Positions 1-9,300 of a stretch of DNA of 64,000 bases are shown in pieces. The notes beneath the pieces were generated by a model. That model searched no databases. It was not told the DNA's origin and worked only from the letters and a program-made list of their open reading frames with translations. The DNA lies in assembly GCA_045863335.1 (NCBI GenBank), contig BTVY01000004.1, positions 64,001-128,000 on the forward strand, written 5' to 3'. Both the position numbers and the translations under genes were made by a program. Source of the stretch: Candidatus Hydrogenedentota bacterium. GTDB taxonomy: Bacteria > Hydrogenedentota > Hydrogenedentia > Hydrogenedentales > SLHB01. How positions within the stretch are numbered: position 1 is the stretch's first letter; each line of letters begins with the position of its first letter.

Positions 1-135
1 TAGACTTAGGGCGGGCATTGAAGGAGTTTGCAGAGCGTGGCGTCGTGATGACGCGTGAACAGCCTTGTGAGTGAAGGCTAAAAGTCGGCTTCTATATAGC
101 CGGGGTAGGTAGTGGGTGCAGGAAGAGCTTTGGCG

Positions 136-1218
136 ATGGCGGGTTGTTTAACACGACTTAAAGGCGACGGCCGAGTTCCCGACGATGGACGAGATTGGTA
201 TGATGCGTTGGATATCGGCATCAAGGGGCAGGGCTGGTTTGGAGAGATTAGACCGTACCATCGTCTACCAGGGGAAGCTGAAGAGTATGTAAGCAGGCAA
301 ACATGGGCTTTTGCACAACATCCAGCTGGATTGTCGGTGTCTTTCCGCACGGACTCAATGAATCTTCTTGCCTGCTGGAAGCTCATGTATCGCGCCAGGG
401 TCCCGCATATGTCGCCGATTAGCATTGGCGGTATCGATCTCTATTCCAGACGTAGCACCCGTGACTGGGGATACGTAGCTACAGGATTCGCAGGTCGAGA
501 GGTTGAGAATGTCGATTGTTTGGTTAAGTGCGTTAAGTCCATACCGCGAGATTACTTAGTATACTTACCACTGTTCACGGGTCTGCGGTATTTGCTAATT
601 GGCGTTGATTCAGGCGCAACGGTCACCTCAGCTAGTTTGGGTCGCCCTGGAGTCTTGCCGGTATGTTTTTACGGCACAAGTCTAACGCAGGGCGCTTGCG
701 CGTCGCGTCCCGGTATGGCCTATGTAAATATCGTAGGTCGCATGTTGAATGTTGATACTATAAACCTAGGGTTTTCAGGTGCGGGCACAATGGAAATAAG
801 TGTAGCGAAGTTGCTTCAGCGGGTGCGGTGTAGTGCGTTTGTCCTGGATTGTGCGCCAAATATGTCGCCGGGGATGATCCGAGATAATTGCCCTAAGTTT
901 ATTGCGGAACTTAGGGCAAGCCACGGTGATGTCCCAATCTCTCTCGTCGAGTGCCCTCGTTACCCGAACTCATGGTTTTTTCCCAACTTGCACGATGCTT
1001 ACGTTGGGAAGAATGCTGCCCTAAAAGAAACCTTTGATTCGTTGGTTTCGAGCGGTGATAAGTATTTACATTACCTTGCAGAGGATGAGCAGGGTCATTC
1101 CGGAACTGACGCAAGTGTAATGAATCATGCTACGGATCTATTCATGTTTTGGTACGCGCACTCCGTGGCAAAACACTTAGGGCGGATTTTGCGTTTACCT
1201 ATATGTTCGGAGCTTTGA
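136..1218 (+). CDS. SGNH/GDSL hydrolase with N-terminal GxDLY domain
   Basis: Motifs GGIDLY, FYGTSLTQG.ASRPGMAY, INLGFSG and LDCAPN. ATG at 136 preferred over GTG at 112. Confidence 0.85.
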   Translation: MAGCLTRLKGDGRVPDDGRDWYDALDIGIKGQGWFGEIRPYHRLPGEAEEYVSRQTWAFAQHPAGLSVSFRTDSMNLLACWKLMYRARVPHMSPISIGGIDLYSRRSTRDWGYVATGFAGREVENVDCLVKCVKSIPRDYLVYLPLFTGLRYLLIGVDSGATVTSASLGRPGVLPVCFYGTSLTQGACASRPGMAYVNIVGRMLNVDTINLGFSGAGTMEISVAKLLQRVRCSAFVLDCAPNMSPGMIRDNCPKFIAELRASHGDVPISLVECPRYPNSWFFPNLHDAYVGKNAALKETFDSLVSSGDKYLHYLAEDEQGHSGTDASVMNHATDLFMFWYAHSVAKHLGRILRLPICSEL

Positions 1219-1225
1219 GAAGAAC

Positions 1226-2030
1226 TTAGGGCCTCTAACAAAAGCCCCTTGTGAAATTAAAAAGGGATACTGATGCAACCGCGCGCGAGAAACGCTTCGA
1301 GGATGTTTGGGCAACGTTCGTAGCGAACCGAGAGTCTTTGAAATTGGTGCATCCAGCTCAAGACAGCTCAAGACACGTTAGGCGACCCAGCGAAGAATAC
1401 CGAGGCCGCGGCCATGGTCAATGTTACGGCCGGAGGTGCGTGTTCGTATGGCTTGCCCAGGAAGTTATCACTATGGGGCTGGGAGTAAGCGCGGTCGGCA
1501 TCAGCACGAAGGGACGGCGCTTGGGACGGCCGGGTTTTTCCTTTGATGGGAGGAATCGCATCCACCAGGGGAAGCAAATTCCTCCCGTCGTGGCGATTGG
1601 CCCCGGCGATGGTGAATGTCAGAGGAATCCCCTGACCATCCGTGAGCACGTGATGTTTGTGGTTTCGAGTTTGTGCCGATCCGTGGGATTGGGGCCGGTT
1701 TTCAGCCGCCGAAAACTACGCATAAACCGGTACTGTCTACTGCATATGATTAGTCGAGTTGGTCGGACTGAACAACCAGGCGACGTGTATTTCGCCCGTT
1801 CGCTACCAGGTACCTTCGACGTGCGGAAACGCAAAGCGTCGCGAGTATACCATCTGCAACAGCAATCCAAATCCTGGGGCAATAACTCCCATGGAATTAC
1901 CGTGCGCGTAGCGATCAAGGCGCCCAATCAATACGTCGAGGCTGGTCAGCGCGGCGCATACGTGCCTTCATACATCGCCTCGTGTTCGTTTCGAGTCAGG
2001 TTTGCTCTCTACAGTATAATGGACAAGCAT
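1226..2030 (-). pseudogene. Degraded IS5-family transposase (IS402/IS427-like)
   Basis: Minus-strand fragments in different frames: RTVIPWELLPQDL, GPNPTDRHKLET, LTDGQGIPL..IAGANRHD..L, ADRAY. One IR-like end TAGGGCCTCTAACAAAA at ~1227. The other end was not recognised, so limits are approximate. Confidence 0.8.
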
Positions 2031-2104
2031 GAGTATGGGGTTGAGTTGTAGGCTTTCGGATTGGCAGTAGGAAAGTCTAGAAGGCTTCTGATTGGGAATG
2101 GGAT

Positions 2105-2491
2105 ATGCATACATTTCGTCGGAACAGGCTGTATTTTCTCGGAGAACTCGGCTTCCGTAGTTCTCCGAGAGAACGAGCTAGGAGGACAGTGGAACGCCGA
2201 TGGCAAGAGCAGAATCGCGTAGTGGATTTGTTGGTAAGGGGGGCGAGCATGGGAAACGTGATATCCGATGGAGAGCGTGTGAGCGTACGGTTTTCGGAAC
2301 ATCCGTGTGTAGATCAAAACCAACTTGTGTATATTCGGAATGGGGAGAGGAGAATTGTTCATCGGGTTTTGTTTCGACTGGGCCCGATATTTGTTGAGCA
2401 TGGTATTGCGAATGACTACCGAGGCATACATTGGACATCTTCGGCGATTGGAAATGTTGTTTCGGTCGAAAGAAGGAAAGCGGGAGTGTAG
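2105..2491 (+). CDS. Small S24/S26 peptidase-like protein without a TM anchor
   Basis: VRGASM..VI.DGERV, IVHRV and a degenerate GxxN box (EHGIAN). The stop lies 3 nt before the next ATG. Confidence 0.6.
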   Translation: MHTFRRNRLYFLGELGFRSSPRERARRTVERRWQEQNRVVDLLVRGASMGNVISDGERVSVRFSEHPCVDQNQLVYIRNGERRIVHRVLFRLGPIFVEHGIANDYRGIHWTSSAIGNVVSVERRKAGV

Positions 2492-2494
2492 ACT

Positions 2495-3592
2495 ATGCCT
2501 TGGGGCAAGGTTTCTCAGCCTCGTACCCTGTGTCTTTGTGGTACACCAGAGGAGATGGGTGCGGAGCACGGTGAATTGTTGCGTGATGAAATTCATGAGA
2601 ATATGTGTGAGTATGTACGTAGGAGTAGAGAGATCTTTGAGGTGCCGTACGAGTACCTGATTAGGAAAGTGGATGAGATCCTCCCTTTTATACCGGACCG
2701 TTTCAGTCGAGAGATCAGGGCACTCGCAGAGTCGGCGCGTGTAGACTTTAGGGAGTTGCTTGCGTTCAATTGTTTGGTGGATATAGACGCTACCTACATG
2801 CAGAATTTGTCTCACTGCTGCAACTTTGTTTTGGTTCCACCGGCGATTAGCGATAGCACAATTCATGGACGGAATTTAGACTTCCCTCATGCCGGAGTCT
2901 TACCTCGTACGGCGGTAGCGTTAGTAAGGTGTCCGGAGGATACGTCAAGATGTGAGACTATTTCGGTTGCATGGGCAGGATACGTCGGCATTTTAACTGG
3001 TTGTAATTCAATGGGAATATCGGTTGGCGAGGTTGGTGTGCCAGCGCGCGACTGTACGGCGCAGGGAGTCCCAATAAGCATTTTGATTCGTGATGCGCTT
3101 GAATCCTCCACGACCATGGATGTTTTTCACGACAAGGTGGGTAGAACCCCGCGCACGGGAGGTTATAATATTGCTGTGTGCGATGCAGTAAATATGAGTT
3201 CGTTGGCGATAGAATGCACGAGAGTTCAGTGCGAGTTTCGAAAGGCGAAAAAGGGGGTACTCGTTGTCGATGATGTATGTCTGTGCAAAAAAACTGGGCT
3301 TCACCGACTTGTTCATGCGTCAGGCGCATTTCGACACGCGCGCATGGTCCAGTTAATCTTACGTGCTTCCGATTCATTTTCATTGGACACCGCTATTCAG
3401 TGTCTAGGCGATAGGTACGATATGGCAACTGGTAGGGCTCATGGTCGAGGATATAACTGTATCTGCAATAGTCACACAATCCATAGCGTGGTTTTCACTG
3501 GTGATTCGGTGTGGATAGCTCAAGGCGTAACTCCGGCACCAACAGGTGGGTACCACAGGCTTGAACTATCTGAATTCTGGTCCCGCAGATGA
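2495..3592 (+). CDS. C45-family autoproteolytic Ntn hydrolase/acyltransferase
   Basis: GTPEEMGAEHG, predicted Cys nucleophile in SH-CCNF, IHGRNLDF, TGCNSMGISV, GVPISILIR. Confidence 0.85.
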   Translation: MPWGKVSQPRTLCLCGTPEEMGAEHGELLRDEIHENMCEYVRRSREIFEVPYEYLIRKVDEILPFIPDRFSREIRALAESARVDFRELLAFNCLVDIDATYMQNLSHCCNFVLVPPAISDSTIHGRNLDFPHAGVLPRTAVALVRCPEDTSRCETISVAWAGYVGILTGCNSMGISVGEVGVPARDCTAQGVPISILIRDALESSTTMDVFHDKVGRTPRTGGYNIAVCDAVNMSSLAIECTRVQCEFRKAKKGVLVVDDVCLCKKTGLHRLVHASGAFRHARMVQLILRASDSFSLDTAIQCLGDRYDMATGRAHGRGYNCICNSHTIHSVVFTGDSVWIAQGVTPAPTGGYHRLELSEFWSRR

Positions 3593-3764
3593 ATAGTGTT
3601 GGCTTTTTGCCTCGCTAAACTTAGGTTCTCCGCGAGTTAATTGAGCGTTACAGTGCTCGTCTTGAACTCGAGGGGACGGGCGTAGCGACCTCAACGTAGG
3701 GCACATCAAACTGTCAGACAATTACGCGCTCTCCGTAAAGCTATACTTGAACATCGGTACATGG

Positions 3765-4328
3765 CTACTGCTCGCCCCGCTCACACTCCGAAACTCTCCG
3801 CTGGTTAACGCCTAGTTTCTGGGCGAACTCCTGTTGTGTGAGCCCCTGGAGAAGCCGCGTCTGCGGGATACGCTCTGCCGGGGACTCCGGTGACGCGAAT
3901 GGGCTACCCCCGAGAAATGCGGCTATCTTGGGGATTGAGATGTAGTTCTGTCGAGAGTCCGGCTGGCGTTCCCATTTGGACACCGTGGCGGGGTCCACGC
4001 CCATGAGGTGGGCAGTTTCGTCCCAGGAGAGACCCAGGCCTTCCCGGTGGCGCCGCAGTTTCTCTCCGACCGTCCGGCCTGGAGGTCGCGGGTCATAGCT
4101 GAGGAATTCGATGACTTTGGGTAGCGCTCGGAGGTTCGGCGTCGCAGTTCCCGCCTCCCAGTTGAAGACCGAGGTCTTGTCCACCCCCAGAATCCCCGCA
4201 ACCTCCCGTTGCAGGAGGTTCAGGTCCATTCGGCGCTTGCGGATGTGGTCTCCGATGGTTTCTAATGTCTCTGGATAACCGGAAGGAGTTGGTTTTGCTG
4301 AACTTAGCGTTCGATGGCAACAAGGCAA
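3765..4328 (-). CDS. Multi-domain XRE helix-turn-helix protein (3 HTH), copy 1
   Basis: IGDHIRKRRMDLNLLQREVA..WEAG, VGEKLRRHR..WER and LLQGLTQQEFAQKLGV. Start is uncertain (TTG 4328); the frame runs into the comM junction. Confidence 0.8.
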   Translation of the reverse strand: MPCCHRTLSSAKPTPSGYPETLETIGDHIRKRRMDLNLLQREVAGILGVDKTSVFNWEAGTATPNLRALPKVIEFLSYDPRPPGRTVGEKLRRHREGLGLSWDETAHLMGVDPATVSKWERQPDSRQNYISIPKIAAFLGGSPFASPESPAERIPQTRLLQGLTQQEFAQKLGVNQRRVSECERGEQ

Positions 4329-4813
4329 CGCAACAGTGTCCCTGTGGATATCGTTCGCATCCGACCAAGTCCTGTCGCTGCTCCGTTGGCGAGATCCAAC
4401 GATACATGTCGAGGCTATCTGGGCCTCTCCTCGACCGGATCGACATCCATGTCGACGTTCCTGCGTTGACCTATGACGAGATTGCCAATCGAGCGACGAG
4501 CGGCCCAACAAGCGCGGAAGTGAGAACGACAGGGCAAGAAGCCCGAGACCGCCAACGAATTCGCTACAAAGGTCGGATAGCCTGCAACGCCAGGCTGGAT
4601 TCCGGCGCCATCAGAGAGTACTGTCAGGTAAGCAAGGAGTCCGAGCGGTTGCTAGAAAACGTCATGGATGAATTCGGCCTGAGCGCCCGTGCCTACGACA
4701 AGATCCTGCGGGTCGCCCGAACGATCGCCGATGTGGAAGGAGCAGAACATATCTCCGAAATGCATGTTGCGGAGGCGGTGCAATACCGCAGTTTAGACCG
4801 TCAATTGGTCTGA
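3787..4813. repeat. Direct repeat copy 1 (HTH + junction + comM 3')
   Basis: Collinear with 16975..18001 at a constant offset of 13,188. Segment 4253..4338 differs from 17441..17526 at only 5 of 86 nt. Confidence 0.95.
4337..4813 (+). pseudogene. comM: 3' fragment of comM/yifB (Mg-chelatase-like AAA+), copy 1
   Basis: CPCGY..C.C...IQRY..RLSGPLLDRIDI and LSARAYDKILRVARTIAD..H..EA.QYR. Everything upstream of CPCG is missing. Confidence 0.9.
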
Positions 4814-5099
4814 TTTTACCGCTGACTGGTCCAAAGTATGCAGGCCACACAGACTTGATGAAACTCCCTTTTCCGTATCAGTCTCCCACAATTTTTGCTT
4901 GACGAACGTCCGTCTTCGTGTTATACAGAAGCAGGACCAAGGGAGTCTTCGCCGGGGATTGGGTAAGCGCGACGAAGCGAGTTTAGGTCTAGTGCGGTAC
5001 GCGGGGGTTATCCTTGACACACCCACGTGGCTCATCTTGGGGAAGATGCAGCCAGTCGTCCTCCTTCCTCGTTTCCATCGCAGCACGTTCATGTAATTC

Positions 5100-6299
5100 A
5101 TGCTACGTGGAGTTTGCCCAATGTCGCGAGGAAGTATGATCTTTGAACTCCTGATGGGAACGATAGATCTCCGCCAGAATCTCGCACTGTTTTCCGAGCG
5201 ACTTTCGTCGAGTTTCCTAAGCCCACATCCTATCGGGACAGCTACTTGCCTACGAGCGCGAATTTTCGGGACACTTCTAGTGCTCGTAGCGAGCGCTGTT
5301 ACAGCCGAATCCAAATTCCCAGCCAACGAAGTGAGCTCCGGCCCCAGCTTGTTGCTATCTCAGCACGTTCTCGATTTTGGTCCAGTGGATCCGACGGGAA
5401 CCTATGAGAAGAGAATAACACTCATGAATGTGGGTTCAATAATTCTAAACCTCTTGCGCGTGGAGAGTTCATGTTTTTGCACACTCGTGGAGCGAGGGGC
5501 CGAACACATCGAACCATCGGATGCAACTGAATTCATCGTAACTCTCGATCCTCATTTGTACCCAAAGGAAGAAGTCGATACCTACATCATCATCGAATCC
5601 GATGATAGCTTAAGACCCAGACAATACATTGCTGTTCGGGCAAAAATTCAGCCTGAGTTCATTCTCGAACCCGCGGAAATAGACTTTGGTGATCTTCGTG
5701 TGGGTGAGTCTGTGACCAGCACGGTCTACGTTCGTCAAACTGGGGCACAAGTGCTCGAGGAACCGACAGTACGTGCTTCGGATACTATGGAAATTGTTGT
5801 CAAAGACGTGTCCTGTGCGCTGGGCAATGGCATGGGGAACCAAAACGCCCCGCGCGTTTATAGCCTGGACGTCGTTTTTTCGCCAACGGCATCGGCGTCA
5901 TATCTGCGAAATGAAATCGAAATCCTGACGAACTTCAATCGTGTTCCACGGGTGACCCTTCCGTATTACGCCAAAGTTCGCGGACTAACCTACTCTCTCT
6001 CGCGGTCGGTGGTACTTTTCGGCGAGAAGCGTCCCGGCGAATCTCTCGGAGCGTTTGAACTCACTTGCCCTGAGGATACTCTACTGAAAAGCGTTCACAT
6101 TGATGAGTCGGAAGTGGCGTTGCATGAGTCGCAGGTGGAATCCGAGGGCGTAACAACCTACAGAATAGAGATATTTGCGAAACCGTCTGCTGCCATCGGT
6201 GAGAAATCCGGTAAAGTTCACTTAACGCTTACCGACAATGCATTAGTAGAACACACGGAGGTGTCGTACTATGGCCTCCTGCGCCGTGCTGGAGATTAA
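5100..6299 (+). CDS. DUF1573 / tandem Ig-like domain exported protein
   Basis: LDFGPV...ITLMNVG..LNLLRVESSCFCT and a second IDFGDL..GE repeat, preceded by a hydrophobic segment. The true start is probably downstream of 5100. Confidence 0.75.
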   Translation: MLRGVCPMSRGSMIFELLMGTIDLRQNLALFSERLSSSFLSPHPIGTATCLRARIFGTLLVLVASAVTAESKFPANEVSSGPSLLLSQHVLDFGPVDPTGTYEKRITLMNVGSIILNLLRVESSCFCTLVERGAEHIEPSDATEFIVTLDPHLYPKEEVDTYIIIESDDSLRPRQYIAVRAKIQPEFILEPAEIDFGDLRVGESVTSTVYVRQTGAQVLEEPTVRASDTMEIVVKDVSCALGNGMGNQNAPRVYSLDVVFSPTASASYLRNEIEILTNFNRVPRVTLPYYAKVRGLTYSLSRSVVLFGEKRPGESLGAFELTCPEDTLLKSVHIDESEVALHESQVESEGVTTYRIEIFAKPSAAIGEKSGKVHLTLTDNALVEHTEVSYYGLLRRAGD

Positions 6300-6390
6300 G
6301 CCAATCTTACGTCGGATTTGCAGAGCAGCTTAAGCATTGGGAATAAACGAGTTTGGAATTGGATAGATTCGGTTGTAGGGAGTGCTCGCC

Positions 6391-9300
6391 ATGATAGTCG
6401 TTCTAAGAAACAAGACTTGGCTTCGATTGGTATCACTATTTACCGTAGCCACATTTCTGCCTTTCGCAGCGGGGGCATGGAATTTCATTCCCAATCAATC
6501 CTATGACGAGAAGTTGGCTTCTACGCCTTCATGGTCCGTTCTACCATGGAAAACAGCCGAGGAGATTTCAAAGGAAGACTTCCGAGAGCTTCCCTGGCAG
6601 ACCTTGGTCCGTGGCAAGTCCAGATCGACAGAGGGTATTCAGCCTCTATCTGAGGACGAACTGGAACGGTACAAGGGTGGGCAGATTCAAGACCGAGCTA
6701 GCATGCTTGATTCCGCAAACGTCCTATACGAATCTGGGCGAGTTGGCGAAGCTTGCATCTCGTACCTGGACATACTGGACAAGCACCCTCGTACGGTCGA
6801 AGCCGTGGAGGCAAATCGCAGGCTCGGCGAAGCCGCCAATCGATTGATGCAGGGCGAGTTAGATTCATCCGAAATAGCACGCTTCGAGGCGGAACTTCCT
6901 ACTTTGGAATCGCTAACCTCTATGGAAGGAAGATACACGCTTGTAGATTTTTACCGGTTCAAGGCAAGGGCAGTATCGGAAGGCGGCGATATCGGTGCCG
7001 GAGAACAATTGTACGCACTTACCCGGAAGGAAGCTGGGGAATTACTCAGGAACTTTCCGGATAACCCTCTACAGATTGACACCGCAATCATCTTCATGGA
7101 GTCCTCCAGGGCTCTTGGCCAAAAAGAAACGACCGAAGCAATCGAATTCCTGGAACGGCTCATATCAGAGTCTGAACCATGCATGAGTGAGTGGGCCGCC
7201 CGTTACGTAGCGGCCGCTCATGCACATACCGAACGCAATGCGCTGGGCAAGTCAGTCGGTCACTACCGGGCGATGATTCAACATGCAAAGCTCGGGTTCA
7301 TTGATGAAGCATTATCCGATCCCGGCGTATACCCTTGGGTGAAAGCGTATCTCGAACTGGCGCTCGCCGATGCGTATCACAATGCAGGTTCGCCTGATGA
7401 AGCATTCTCTCGATATCAGCGGATCGTCCAAAACTATTCCGGCACGGGCGAACCGGTCGAAGAAGCAGCCTACAACGTCGCGTTCTCGATTGGTTTTGGC
7501 CAGGCCCAGCCTTACGAGGGGATTCTAGAGTTTGGAAAGCTCATAGAAAGTGCCCCGGAAAGCATTTTTGCGGGCAAAGCGCTCTGGCAAATCGGTAACT
7601 TGTACCTGGCCGCAGAGGATTACGACGCAGCGTTGCGAACGTTTGGCGACGTAATGGAGAAGTATCCGGAGACCACTCTCGCGATAGCTGCGGAGCGCAG
7701 CTCGGAGTATATCCTCAACAACCTCGTTGGCAGCTACCGGGTGTCCGAAGGTTATGTGCTCGCCGATTCTGGGCTACCAACTGAAATCGAGGGCCAGCTT
7801 TGCGGCCCAATGGCTTTGCGCGCGCTGCTAGACGCAAACGGCATCAACGCATCGGTGGAGGAACTAGCCGTCGCTGCCGGGACGGACGGCGGTGGAACAA
7901 CGATGCTTGGACTTATTCGTGCCGCAGATAGTAAGGGCTTCGGGCTGCAGGGGGTGAAGGTCGCGAATGCGAGCGCGCTTGAGACGCCGTTCATAGCCTT
8001 CGTAAATGGAAATCACTTCGTTCTAGTAACGCAATTGGACAAGGATACGGTCCAATATCTAGACACCGGCACAGAAGCCAGAGTTGTGTCCCAGGCCGAA
8101 TTCGCACAAATGTGGCAGGGCCACGCCTTAACGAATGTAGGCTCAGGACTGTACGAATCCGCAATGAACACCGGCCAATTGACGGGCGCAAAGGGAGGTT
8201 CCGGGGGTGGCGGCGGCATCACTCTCAGCCCACCGGACTGTCCTAATGGCTTCATGCCTCCGTGCGGGGGAGGACCTCTTGGGGGCGGAGGCGGGGGCGC
8301 AGGCGATGTTCCGCCCAACAACGATTGCGGCGCGGATGGAGGAGATTCTTCAGGCTCACCTGGTGGCTCCAGTGGTGGTTCCGGCGGTGGCGGTGGTTCC
8401 GGCGGTGGCGGTGGTTCCGGCGGTGGCGGTGGCTCCGGCGGTGGCGGTGGTTCCGGCGGTGGCGGTGGCTCCAATCCCGGAAACGGGCCAAATGGGATAG
8501 GCGGTACCTTAGGCATTGGTTTGGGTAATGCTGGATCGGGACAGTTGGATGTTGGTCCCGGTAGCGGAAATGGACTTGGGGGTTTTGCAGCCTTCGGCGC
8601 GATTCCTTGGGGTGGCCATCCTGGTGAAATTTATATGGGCGGCGAAGGTAGCCACGGCAGCGGTCCACAACCCGGCGGTAGGGGGATGCCGCGGATACAA
8701 GGATTCCAGGGAGCCCAATATATGGTGAGCACCGATCTTGCCATCGATATCCGTGGACCCATGCATATCAAATTCCAACGCGGCTATCATAACCGGTGGG
8801 GAAAGCGCCGTTGGGAATACGTCCACAATTCCGAAGTCTGGAGTAACAATATCGGTCGATCGTGGACCCATAGCCTGAACATGTTCATTTCCGTCTCTAC
8901 GTCTACGCAGGGCGGAAAGCCGGACCACGTGATCTTCTATGATTCGGCCGGCAATCACAACTTTTACTACTATTCAAGCTCAACACTCGGTGCTGATCTT
9001 TACGAACCCAGCACAAAAAACCCTACGGATGATCAAGCCAATTACATCATCCGAAATTCTACAACGGATAGTTACACCCTCCATTTACCCCACGGAATGC
9101 AGTATGCCTTCGGTTCCCCGAGCTATTATATCGCGAGGATCGACACGGCGACTGATGTGTCGGGTAACGTGATATCGTTCGATTACGACAGTGGGGGCCA
9201 TCTAACGAAAGTTTACGGACCTTCGCCCGACACTCGATATATGTTCTTCGAGTATTCCGGCAATCAGATCACGAAGGCATCCATTAAGGACGGAACCGCG

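Noticed and set aside
1251-2051. 266-aa plus-strand ORF
   Set aside because: Antisense shadow of the IS5 remnant.
4265-4336. Shared N-terminus MSLDNRKELVLLNL.. on both comM fragments (also 17453..17524)
   Set aside because: It is the antisense of the HTH gene/att arm and has no SD. Probably a shadow frame, though translation of a short ComM-C protein is not excluded.
8380-8472. Possible CRISPR array or synthetic GS linker
   Set aside because: No spacers and no cas genes; embedded in natural Gly-rich coding context with no vector sequence.
8013-8516. Poly-Pro (PEPPPP) and Arg/Trp-repeat ORFs
   Set aside because: Alternative frames of the Gly-repeat linker in rhs.
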